From Clostridia bacterium (GTDB lineage: Bacteria; Bacillota; Clostridia; Oscillospirales; RGIG8002): 64,000 bases of DNA. Shown here in pieces: positions 55,783 through 64,000 of the stretch. The stretch covers positions 15,281 to 79,280 of the forward strand of contig JAFRVI010000004.1 in the NCBI GenBank assembly GCA_017438525.1, in the 5' to 3' direction. The notes under the pieces are model-generated. The model had not been told where the DNA came from. It saw only the letters and a list, made by a program, of their open reading frames with translations, and ran no database searches. A program made the position numbers and the translations under genes. Positions within the stretch are counted from its first letter, which is position 1. Every line of letters starts with the position of its first letter.

Positions 55783-57934
55783 ACTCGAAACTATGTGGAA
55801 CCAACTTGAAGATAAACTGCGCTCCACAGGTCTTCCATATGAATACGACAGAATAAAGCTTGCTTTTGACACCGCATCCAAAGCGCATGGTGAACAACGT
55901 CGAAAGACCGGTGAGCTGTATATTCATCATCCCGTCGAAGTCGCCATAATCCTCGCGGATATCAATCTCGATAACGAGACGATCATGGCAGCTTTGCTTC
56001 ACGATGTTGCAGAAGACACCGATATGACGATAGAAGATATTCGCAAGCTGTTCGGTGATCAGGTTGCGGAGCTTGTCGACGGTGTAACGAAGCTCGGTCA
56101 AATCTCTTACTTCACTTACGTCGAGCAGCAGGTGGAGAATATGCGCAAAATGCTTATCGCGATGGCGAAGGATGCGCGCGTTATCATCATAAAGCTTGCA
56201 GACCGCCTCCACAATATGCGTACGATCGAAGGGCTCGACCCGCAGAAACAGCGCGACAAGGCGAAGGAAACTATGGAAATCTTCGCCCCGCTTGCGCACC
56301 GGCTTGGTATCCAGCGCATAAAACACGAACTCGAAGACAGAGCCGTTCACGTCCTCGATCCCATCGGCTGCCGCGAGATAGAAGAAGCCCTTGAGGAACG
56401 CAGTCAGTCACGAGACAAAATACTTGAATCCATACGCCTTAAGCTTGAGGAACGTCTTTCCACATCCGGTATAAAGCTTCATATCGAAGGCAGGCGCAAG
56501 AGCGTCTATTCGATTTATCGCAAAATGTTTATGCAGGGCAAGTCTCTTGATGAGATCTACGATATTTTCGCGTACAGGATCATCGTTGATACGGTTGCAG
56601 ACTGCTATGCGATACTCGGCATCGTGCATGATGAGTTTACGCCGATTACATCGCGCTTCAAAGACTATATTTCCACACCGAAGCCGAATATGTATCAGTC
56701 GATACATACCACTGTCGTCGGCAACGAAGGCATTCCCTTTGAAGTCCAGATACGCACATGGGATATGCATTATACGGCTGAATACGGAATCGCTGCACAC
56801 TGGAAGTATAAGTCCGGCGAAAAAAACAGCAAGGATCTGGAAGAGCGCCTCGCCTGGGTAAGACGTCTGCTCGAAAATCAGGAAGACGACGATCCCGAAG
56901 ACGTTATGCAGTCACTGAAGCTCGACCTTTCCCTCGACGAAGTTTTCGTTTTTACTCCGAAAGGCGACGTCATCAATCTGCCCACGGGTTCATGCGTCAT
57001 AGACTTCGCATACGCGATTCACAGCGGCGTCGGCAACAGCATGGTCGGCGCAAAGGTCGGGGGCAAAATCGTGCCTTTCGACTACGTACTGCAAAACGGC
57101 GATATAGTTTCGATAATCACGACGTCTGCCGAAGGCCATGGTCCGAGCCGCGACTGGCTGAAGATAATCAAGACGAGCGAAGCCAGAAACAAGATACGTC
57201 AATGGTTCAAAAAAGAGCGCCGTGAGGAGAATATCGAGCAGGGTAAATCGATGCTCGAGGTTGAGCTTCGCGCGAACTTTATCAGCGTTCCCGACGAGAG
57301 CAGGGAAGAGTTTTTAGACGGGATCGCGCAGATTTATAAGTATCCGAACGCTACTGAGCTTTTCAACGCTATCGGCTACGGCGGCATCAGTGTTTCGAGA
57401 ATGATTCCGAAAATTAAAGAAGAATTCACGAAGCAGTTCCGCGATGTTGCAATACAATCCCACGCTGTTTCCGCGCAGAAGAAGATCTCGGGCGGCGTGA
57501 TCATAGAAGGGCTGGATAATTGCCTTGTCAAATTCGCCAAATGCTGCAATCCCGTGCCCGGTGACGACATTATTGGCTTTGTAACGCGCGGATACGGCGT
57601 TTCCGTCCACAGAAAAGACTGCCGTGTTATCAACGATCACATTAAAACCAACGGCAACGAGCGCATTTTAAGCGCTTCCTGGGCTGCAAGCGCAAACGAA
57701 CGTTTCATTGCATCGATAAAGATAATCGCTCACGACAGATACGGGCTCCTTGCGGATATAACTCAGCTTTGCGCTCAGATGCATTTACTCCTCACGTTTG
57801 TCAACTCGAGATTATCCAAAGACGGCTCCGTTGTTACCGACATAACACTCGAGGTTGAAAGTTCCTCACATCTGGAGCAGATCTGCGCGCGGCTTGAAAA
57901 GATAAGCGGAGTAACCGAGATAAAGAGAGTATAG
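55775..57934 (+). CDS. relA: Bifunctional (p)ppGpp synthase/hydrolase (RSH, long)
   Basis: HD domain (LLHDVAED), KLADRLHNMRT, KPNMYQSIHT, EVQIRT, AAHWKYK, TGS, CCNPVPGD, ACT. Confidence 0.98.
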   Translation: MSELETMWNQLEDKLRSTGLPYEYDRIKLAFDTASKAHGEQRRKTGELYIHHPVEVAIILADINLDNETIMAALLHDVAEDTDMTIEDIRKLFGDQVAELVDGVTKLGQISYFTYVEQQVENMRKMLIAMAKDARVIIIKLADRLHNMRTIEGLDPQKQRDKAKETMEIFAPLAHRLGIQRIKHELEDRAVHVLDPIGCREIEEALEERSQSRDKILESIRLKLEERLSTSGIKLHIEGRRKSVYSIYRKMFMQGKSLDEIYDIFAYRIIVDTVADCYAILGIVHDEFTPITSRFKDYISTPKPNMYQSIHTTVVGNEGIPFEVQIRTWDMHYTAEYGIAAHWKYKSGEKNSKDLEERLAWVRRLLENQEDDDPEDVMQSLKLDLSLDEVFVFTPKGDVINLPTGSCVIDFAYAIHSGVGNSMVGAKVGGKIVPFDYVLQNGDIVSIITTSAEGHGPSRDWLKIIKTSEARNKIRQWFKKERREENIEQGKSMLEVELRANFISVPDESREEFLDGIAQIYKYPNATELFNAIGYGGISVSRMIPKIKEEFTKQFRDVAIQSHAVSAQKKISGGVIIEGLDNCLVKFAKCCNPVPGDDIIGFVTRGYGVSVHRKDCRVINDHIKTNGNERILSASWAASANERFIASIKIIAHDRYGLLADITQLCAQMHLLLTFVNSRLSKDGSVVTDITLEVESSSHLEQICARLEKISGVTEIKRV

Positions 57935-57950
57935 CTTCCGGAGACGTCAT

Positions 57951-59381
57951 ATGAAGTTTGAACATATAGGACATTCCTATATTCAGTACGCCGAAAACGT
58001 CGCGCGCATGTTTTTCAGAGACTCTACGGATGCCGCTGTTACAACTAAACTGTCGCGCTGCGAAGACGTAACGCGGCTATCGGCTTCCGTTGCTTATGGC
58101 GGGAAGACCGAAGCCGCGGATATTATTGTCAACAACAACTCGTGCGATTATGTCAAGGATTGTAAACACGGCCTCGGCGTGTGCGTATACAACGCTTGCG
58201 GCGCCGTTACAGGTATTTCTTTGCCGTTCGGCGTGCTCTGCGGCGTCCGTCCGGCGAAAATAGCGACCGATATCCTGCTTGCCGGAGGCAGCGAAGAAGA
58301 CGCGTACAGGCATTACGTAGACGATCTTAAGGTGTTTCCGGAAAAAGCGCGGTCCTGCGTAGCGGTTGCGTCAGAACAGAAAGACCTTCTGGCGCGCGAT
58401 AATGAAAAACGCTGCAATCTTTACGTTTCAATCCCGTTTTGCCCGAGCAGATGCAATTACTGCTCCTTCGTCAGCCATTCGATAGAACGCGCCGGAAAGC
58501 TCGTCGAGCCCTATCTGGATATACTGATAGATGAGTTGAAAACCGCGGCAGAGATTATCAAAGACGCGTCTTTGATAAACGACGCTGTGTATGTGGGCGG
58601 GGGAACGCCCGGGATCCTTTCGGCTGATCAGACTCGTCGACTTTGCAGCGCTGTAAATAAACACTTTCCCAACCGCACTGAATTCACTTATGAATTCGGC
58701 AGGGCAGACGTAGCTTCCGCGGATAAGTTCGATATTCTTAAATCGTCCGGCGTGACAAGAATCTGCATAAATCCTCAGATACTCTCGGACGAGGTTCTTG
58801 AAAAGAACGGACGGCGTCATACCGTCGAACAGTTTTACAATGCTTTCAAAGCCGCGAGAAACGCAGGGTTTGACAATATCAACTGTGACGTTATCGCCGG
58901 ACTTCCGTATTCAACCGCAGAAGTGTTTTCCGATACCGTAAGAAACCTTATCGCGCTCGGGGCGGACGATATAACGATGCACACGCTTGCTTTGAAGCGT
59001 TCTTCCGACTACTACGAAGAATCGCTGAGTATTGACCATGGCCTTGCCGAGAGTTCCTTTGACGCCGCCGAAAAGATCCTTCACGAAGCCGGATACCGTG
59101 AATACTATATGTACCGACAGAAGCGCGCCGGAGGCAACCTTGAAAACAAAGGATATGCTCTCAGCGGCAAAAAAAGCATTTATAATATACTTATGATGAG
59201 CGACGCCGAAACAGTAATTTCCGTAGGCTCAGGCGGGATCACGAAGCTTGTTGCCGACGGCGGTAAGACAATCAAACGCATATGCAACTATAAATACCCG
59301 TACGAATACATAGAGAAACCGGATAAGATAAAACAAAACTCATCTTTTATCAAAGAATTTTATTCTGCAAGGAGTATATGA
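57951..59381 (+). CDS. hemZ: HemZ-type radical SAM protein
   Basis: LCGVRPAK, LYVSIPFCPSRCNYCSF, GGGTP, INPQ, YYMYRQK..GNLEN.GY. Confidence 0.9.
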   Translation: MKFEHIGHSYIQYAENVARMFFRDSTDAAVTTKLSRCEDVTRLSASVAYGGKTEAADIIVNNNSCDYVKDCKHGLGVCVYNACGAVTGISLPFGVLCGVRPAKIATDILLAGGSEEDAYRHYVDDLKVFPEKARSCVAVASEQKDLLARDNEKRCNLYVSIPFCPSRCNYCSFVSHSIERAGKLVEPYLDILIDELKTAAEIIKDASLINDAVYVGGGTPGILSADQTRRLCSAVNKHFPNRTEFTYEFGRADVASADKFDILKSSGVTRICINPQILSDEVLEKNGRRHTVEQFYNAFKAARNAGFDNINCDVIAGLPYSTAEVFSDTVRNLIALGADDITMHTLALKRSSDYYEESLSIDHGLAESSFDAAEKILHEAGYREYYMYRQKRAGGNLENKGYALSGKKSIYNILMMSDAETVISVGSGGITKLVADGGKTIKRICNYKYPYEYIEKPDKIKQNSSFIKEFYSARSI

Positions 59382-59382
59382 T

Positions 59383-60315
59383 ATGAGCGGAAGAATAATC
59401 AAACTTGAAGAAATAGTGTCTGAATTCGAAAAGGACCCGCGCGGCTATATCGACGCGGCTGAAAACGAATACAAATCCAGGCTCAAAGCAATCTCCGACC
59501 GCGTGCTGTACAGCGATGAGCGGCGCGACATCCTTTTGATTTCCGGGCCGTCAAGTTCCGGAAAGAGCACGACCGCGGAGCTTATCCGTCAGAACCTCGT
59601 TGCAGGCGGTATGGATTGCGTTACGCTGTCGACGGACGATTTCTTCTTTGACAAGGACGAGATGAACGCCTACGAAGTCGGATTCGACTTCGAGTCTCCT
59701 ACTATTGTCAACGAACTGCTGCTTCTCGATAAAATCAACCAGCTTTTCGTTCGGGGCGAAGCGTATCTGCCGCGATTTGACTTTGTAAGCGGACGCAAGG
59801 TCTACAAATCGCAGAAAGAAAAGTTGTCTTCCAGGGGCGCTTTGATCATAGAGGGAATTCACGCGCTCAACAAGGACGTTATCGCGGTCGGAAACGAAAT
59901 CGACACAGTCAGAGTCTACGTTTCAACCGCTTCTTCGATCGCGCTTGACGATGAAGTCATATCAGGCAGGGACCTCCGCCTCGCCCGACGCATAATACGC
60001 GACAGCAAATTCAGGGGAACTCCGCTCGAAGGCACCGTGGATATGTGGGAGAGTGTATGCGCCGGTGAAGATAAACACATTGCTCCGCATAAGGATTCCG
60101 CCGATTACGTAATAGATACCCTTATGCCGTATGAGCCGTTTATGCTGCGCAAAAGAATGATCAAGCTTATCAACGCCGCCTTCAGAAAATATGCGCACGA
60201 TCCGGATATCGAAGCGCTGACAAGACTATATGAAAGGTGCCCGGACGCCGATTCCGGAATGATCCCCGGCGATTCGCTGCTGCGCGAGTTTATCGGCGGA
60301 GGCATCTATGGGTGA
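59383..60315 (+). CDS. Uridine-kinase/nucleoside kinase-like P-loop protein
   Basis: ISGPSSSGKST, STDDFF, EGIHALN, RRIIRD..FRG. Confidence 0.85.
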   Translation: MSGRIIKLEEIVSEFEKDPRGYIDAAENEYKSRLKAISDRVLYSDERRDILLISGPSSSGKSTTAELIRQNLVAGGMDCVTLSTDDFFFDKDEMNAYEVGFDFESPTIVNELLLLDKINQLFVRGEAYLPRFDFVSGRKVYKSQKEKLSSRGALIIEGIHALNKDVIAVGNEIDTVRVYVSTASSIALDDEVISGRDLRLARRIIRDSKFRGTPLEGTVDMWESVCAGEDKHIAPHKDSADYVIDTLMPYEPFMLRKRMIKLINAAFRKYAHDPDIEALTRLYERCPDADSGMIPGDSLLREFIGGGIYG

Positions 60316-61336
60316 GTTGAGACGTTCCGATTACTTCTACGATCTTCCGGAAGAACTCATCGCACAGACGCCCGCGGAAAAGCGCGATTTCTCCCGTCTG
60401 ATGACCGTCAATCGACATACGGGAGAAACGTCGGATAAGCATTTTAACGACATAATAGACCTGCTTGAGACGGGCGATTGTCTGGTGTTGAATAACACGA
60501 AAGTCATACCCGCGAGGGTATTCGGCAGGAACGAGGCGGGCAGAGAGTTCGAAGTTCTCCTGCTCCGCGACAGGGGAGACGACGTCTGGGAATGCCTGCT
60601 GCGTCCGGCGCGCAAAGCGAAGGAAGGCGAGCCGATAGTTTTCGGAGACGAGCTGACAGGCAGGGTAACCGACGTTATCGAAGACGGCAACCGCCTGATC
60701 AAGTTTGAGTATAATGGCATTTTCAACGAAATACTCGACCGTGTCGGTACCGCACCGCTGCCGCCGTACATAAAGAGCCGCGCCTCCGATCCGTCACGCT
60801 ACCAGACGGTCTATGCGAAATACGACGGGTCTGCCGCTGCGCCGACGGCCGGTCTCCACTTTACGGATGAACTCCTTGAAAAAATACGCGCCAAAGGCGT
60901 CGATACCGCTTTTCTTACGCTTCACGTCGGTCTCGGCACGTTCCGTCCCGTTAAAGAAGACGACCTTACGAAACACGTTATGCACAGCGAGTGGTACGAG
61001 CTGCCTGAGGATGCCGCCGTTAAAATCAACGCCGCCAAGCGGCGCGGCGGACGCGTTATCTCCGTCGGCACTACCAGCTGCCGCACCCTCGAAACCGTCG
61101 CGTCAAAGTTCGGCGAAATACGCGCAGACAGCGGGGAGACGAGCATCTTCATTTATCCCGGATATGAATTCAAATGCATCGACGCGCTGATAACAAATTT
61201 TCATCTGCCGGAAAGCACGCTGATAATGCTCGTTTCGGCATTTTCGAGCCGCGAGATAATACTCAACGCGTACAAGGAAGCCGTTGAAAAGAAATACAGA
61301 TTCTTTTCCTTCGGCGACGCTATGCTCTTATATTGA
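60308..61336 (+). CDS. queA: S-adenosylmethionine:tRNA ribosyltransferase-isomerase
   Basis: YDLPEELIAQ, NNTKVIPAR, PLPPYI, YQTVYA, SAAAPTAGLHFT, HVGLGTF, TNFHLPESTL, RFFSFGDAM. Confidence 0.98.
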   Translation: MGELRRSDYFYDLPEELIAQTPAEKRDFSRLMTVNRHTGETSDKHFNDIIDLLETGDCLVLNNTKVIPARVFGRNEAGREFEVLLLRDRGDDVWECLLRPARKAKEGEPIVFGDELTGRVTDVIEDGNRLIKFEYNGIFNEILDRVGTAPLPPYIKSRASDPSRYQTVYAKYDGSAAAPTAGLHFTDELLEKIRAKGVDTAFLTLHVGLGTFRPVKEDDLTKHVMHSEWYELPEDAAVKINAAKRRGGRVISVGTTSCRTLETVASKFGEIRADSGETSIFIYPGYEFKCIDALITNFHLPESTLIMLVSAFSSREIILNAYKEAVEKKYRFFSFGDAMLLY

Positions 61337-61344
61337 GGTAATTT

Positions 61345-62481
61345 ATGGCAAAATTCACTCTGCTGAAAACCGAAGGAAACGCACGCCTCGGCCGATTCGA
61401 AACCGTCCACGGCACAGTCGAAACACCGGCGTTCATGAACGTCGGGACCGCCGCGGCGATAAAGGGCGGTTTGTCTACCGCCGACCTCGAGGAGATCGGC
61501 TGCCAGGTCGAACTGTCTAACACGTATCACCTGCATCTGCGTCCGGGCGACGAGGTGATAAAGACGCTCGGCGGAATACATAAGTTTTTCAGCTGGGACC
61601 GTCCGGTGCTTACCGACAGCGGCGGATTCCAGGTGTTTTCGCTTGCGCCCCTGCGTAAGATAAGCGAAGAGGGTGTGGCGTTCGCCTCTCATATCGACGG
61701 ACGGAAGATATTCATGCGCCCCGAAGACAGTATGCGCATACAGTCAAATATTGCATCCACAATAGCGATGGCGTTCGACGAATGCGTCGAGAACCCCGCG
61801 AAGTACGACTACGCCGCCGTTTCATGCGAACGCACCGCGCGCTGGCTCGCGCGCTGCAAAGCGGAAATGGAGCGTCTCAATTCGCTTCCGGATACCATAA
61901 ACAAGCAGCAGCTTCTTTTCGGGATAAATCAGGGCTGCACTTTTGACGACCTGCGCGTTGCGCATATGCAGCGGATTGCCGAAATGGACCTTGACGGATA
62001 CGCCATCGGAGGACTCGCCGTAGGCGAATCAAACGAAGAGATGTATCATATCATCGAGCAGGTCGAGCCGCATATGCCCACGGATAAGATACGTTATCTT
62101 ATGGGGGTCGGCACTCCCGCTAATATAATCGAAGGCGTCGCGCGCGGCGTCGATCTTTTCGACTGCGTTATGCCCGCCAGAAACGCCAGGCACGGACATC
62201 TATTCACACATAACGGCATAATCAATCTCAATAACGCCAAATACGTTACCGACGCTTCGCCGATTGAGGACGGGTGCGGCTGTCCGACCTGCCGCAGATA
62301 CTCCAAAGCGTATATCCGCCATCTTTTGAGGGCCGACGAAGCGCTCGGCAAGCGCCTCGCGGTAATACACAACCTCTGGTTCTACAATCACCTTATGGTC
62401 GAGATAAGAGATGCGATTGCGGAAGGACGTTTCGCCGCCTATGCCGCGGCCGCCATCCCCAAGGTTTCGGTAAGGATCTGA
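61345..62481 (+). CDS. tgt: tRNA-guanine transglycosylase
   Basis: LSNTYHL, LTDSGGFQVFSL, FDEC, IGGLAVGE, YLMGVG, FDCV.P.RN.R.G, CGCPTC...HN zinc site. Confidence 0.98.
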   Translation: MAKFTLLKTEGNARLGRFETVHGTVETPAFMNVGTAAAIKGGLSTADLEEIGCQVELSNTYHLHLRPGDEVIKTLGGIHKFFSWDRPVLTDSGGFQVFSLAPLRKISEEGVAFASHIDGRKIFMRPEDSMRIQSNIASTIAMAFDECVENPAKYDYAAVSCERTARWLARCKAEMERLNSLPDTINKQQLLFGINQGCTFDDLRVAHMQRIAEMDLDGYAIGGLAVGESNEEMYHIIEQVEPHMPTDKIRYLMGVGTPANIIEGVARGVDLFDCVMPARNARHGHLFTHNGIINLNNAKYVTDASPIEDGCGCPTCRRYSKAYIRHLLRADEALGKRLAVIHNLWFYNHLMVEIRDAIAEGRFAAYAAAAIPKVSVRI

Positions 62482-62495
62482 ACGCAGTATCATTC

Positions 62496-62523
62496 ATACC
62501 CGCGGTCTCCGCGGGTATTTTTG
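62496..62523 (+). terminator. Terminator after tgt
   Basis: ATACCCGCGG-TCT-CCGCGGGTAT-TTTT. Confidence 0.85.
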
Positions 62524-62606
62524 TTTGCTCAAATGTAATAGTATCGTCACGCCGGCAATATACTTTCTTGTACAAGGCACAAATACGCTGTAAGGAGGAT
62601 TATGCT

Positions 62607-64000
62607 ATGGGCCTGTTGTTCGAAAGCGGCGATATCGATATTTTAGAGCCGGTTTTGGAAGAAAAAAGCGAGTGCAGACTCGAAACGGAAGTCTATTTGC
62701 CGGATTATCTTCCGGACGTTCAGAAATTACTGAGAAGTGAAATAATTCCGCGTGTGGCCTCCAGAGATATGCTTGCGGGACGCATCACGATTGAGGGAGA
62801 AGCTGAGATACGGATTTTCTACAAATCGTCAGACGACTCCGTCAGCTGCGCCGTGACACATAAGGAGTTTTCCCACACGTTCGCCGTCAGCGAACCTGAC
62901 GCGGACTATGACGTTTCAACCGAAACCGTAGGAAGCATCAATTCCGTGAGGGCGTCGGGACCGCGCAAAATCGCAGTCAAAGCGGAAATAACAACGTCCG
63001 TTATCGCTGTCAAAAAGTCCGTCCTTCAGATCGTCGAAACAGTTTCCAATGGGATCGAAGCGCGAAAAGAGCGTATTTCGGCCATATCAAACGCCGAAAG
63101 TTCAGAACGTGAAATACGCGTCACCGAGGAGATCGAGCTGCCGGAAACACTTCCGGAAATATCCGCGCTCCTTTACGCAGAAGCAAAAGCGAAGGTCGCC
63201 GACGCAACGGTATCCAACGGCAGATTCGTTATCAAAGGAGATCTGACCGTCAAGCCCGTATGCCTCGCATCCGACGGAAAACTCGTCGACTGTGAATTCA
63301 GTTTCCCGGTCAGTCACATCTTTGATATCCCGAATCTTGATGAGGGCTACGTCTGTGACGCTGAATTACAGATAGTCAGCGTTTACGCCGAAGCAGAGCA
63401 AAGTTCAGAAGGGAAAAACAGGGTGATAGACTGCGAGGTCGTGATGAACGCGATCCTGCACGCTTACAAAACATCCGAATACGAAATCATCACCGACGTA
63501 TTCTCTCCGTGCAGCGAGCTTACCGAAGAATACGTCGAGGCAAAGTATCTAACCTGCTATGACTTCTATCACGATGAGAAGAATGTCAAAGGGCAGATCA
63601 AAACCGAAAACGCCGTATCTTCGATAATCAATGTTTACACTTCGCCGCGAATTATGCGCGTTTCCGCAGATAACGGATGCCTGAAGGCCGAGGGGATCGT
63701 CAATGCCGATATTATTTACGTTTCCGATGGCAGTGGCGTATGTTCCAAAAAAGCCGACATACCGTTTGAATTCTCATTCCCGTACAACTGCGATTTCCAA
63801 CTCAGATGCGAAACGAACGTTTCTGTCGCTGCGGTCAGCTACAATATTTCCGGTGAAAACAGCGTCGATCTGCGGTGCGACGTAGCCATAAAGGCATCGG
63901 TTTGCGCCGAACGCAGATTGCGCGTGGTAAGCGAAGTCGCTTCGGCGGGTGAAAAGGAATCCTGCGGCCGCTGTCCGATAATCCTGTACTTCGCCGAAAG
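62607..64000 (+). CDS. SPOCS/DUF3794 spore coat morphogenetic protein (SipL/SpoVID-like), runs off right edge; not in ORF track
   Basis: AAGGAGG RBS, ATG 62607: MGLLFESGDIDILEPVLEEKSECRLETEVYLPDYLPDVQKLL; second repeat EEIELPETLPEISALL; ends ...PIILYFAE, the usual start of a C-terminal LysM domain. Confidence 0.8.
   Translation, partial: MGLLFESGDIDILEPVLEEKSECRLETEVYLPDYLPDVQKLLRSEIIPRVASRDMLAGRITIEGEAEIRIFYKSSDDSVSCAVTHKEFSHTFAVSEPDADYDVSTETVGSINSVRASGPRKIAVKAEITTSVIAVKKSVLQIVETVSNGIEARKERISAISNAESSEREIRVTEEIELPETLPEISALLYAEAKAKVADATVSNGRFVIKGDLTVKPVCLASDGKLVDCEFSFPVSHIFDIPNLDEGYVCDAELQIVSVYAEAEQSSEGKNRVIDCEVVMNAILHAYKTSEYEIITDVFSPCSELTEEYVEAKYLTCYDFYHDEKNVKGQIKTENAVSSIINVYTSPRIMRVSADNGCLKAEGIVNADIIYVSDGSGVCSKKADIPFEFSFPYNCDFQLRCETNVSVAAVSYNISGENSVDLRCDVAIKASVCAERRLRVVSEVASAGEKESCGRCPIILYFAE

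Noticed and set aside
61345-62481. Possible queuine-salvaging (eukaryote-like) Tgt
   Set aside because: It retains the Cys in FDEC and the Val in GLAVGE typical of preQ1-inserting bacterial enzymes, and queA is adjacent.
62530-62600. Possible sigma-E/K promoter upstream of the SPOCS gene (AATATAC...AATACGCT)
   Set aside because: Biologically plausible, but spacing and match are too weak to call without TSS data.

Overview
Chromosomal window (moderately GC-rich coding sequence, AT-rich intergenic gaps) from a spore-forming anaerobic Clostridia-class Bacillota. The taxonomy is inferred from polC, spoIIE, a SPOCS/DUF3794 coat gene, cdaA-cdaR and consensus sigma-A promoters. Most of the window is core genome: aspS (partial), trxA, tRNA-Leu and tRNA-Pro, pyrH-frr-uppS-cdsA-dxr-rseP-ispG-polC, trmK-nif3-rqcH, a GATase-less guaA, ispE, a four-subunit 2-oxoacid:ferredoxin oxidoreductase, ispDF, and recJ-relA-hemZ-kinase-queA-tgt. 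No integrase, transposase, phage gene or CRISPR array was seen. Two accessory blocks stand out. (1) 18.8-25.6 kb is an operon led by a short cobalamin riboswitch. It encodes a complete ECF transporter (S, T, fused A-A), a membrane-tethered transcobalamin-like protein (alpha/alpha barrel + DUF4430) and a secreted (DUF4430-Ig)x2 protein ending in a type I dockerin. (2) 41.3-45.5 kb holds three tandem secreted SGNH esterases with Fn3, Ig-like and near-identical dockerin modules. All four dockerins share the same predicted recognition residues. This suggests a non-cellulosomal cohesin-dockerin surface complex combining vitamin B12 capture with de-O-acetylation; the cohesin partner is not in this window. 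Domain names come from motif recognition by eye, not database searches.
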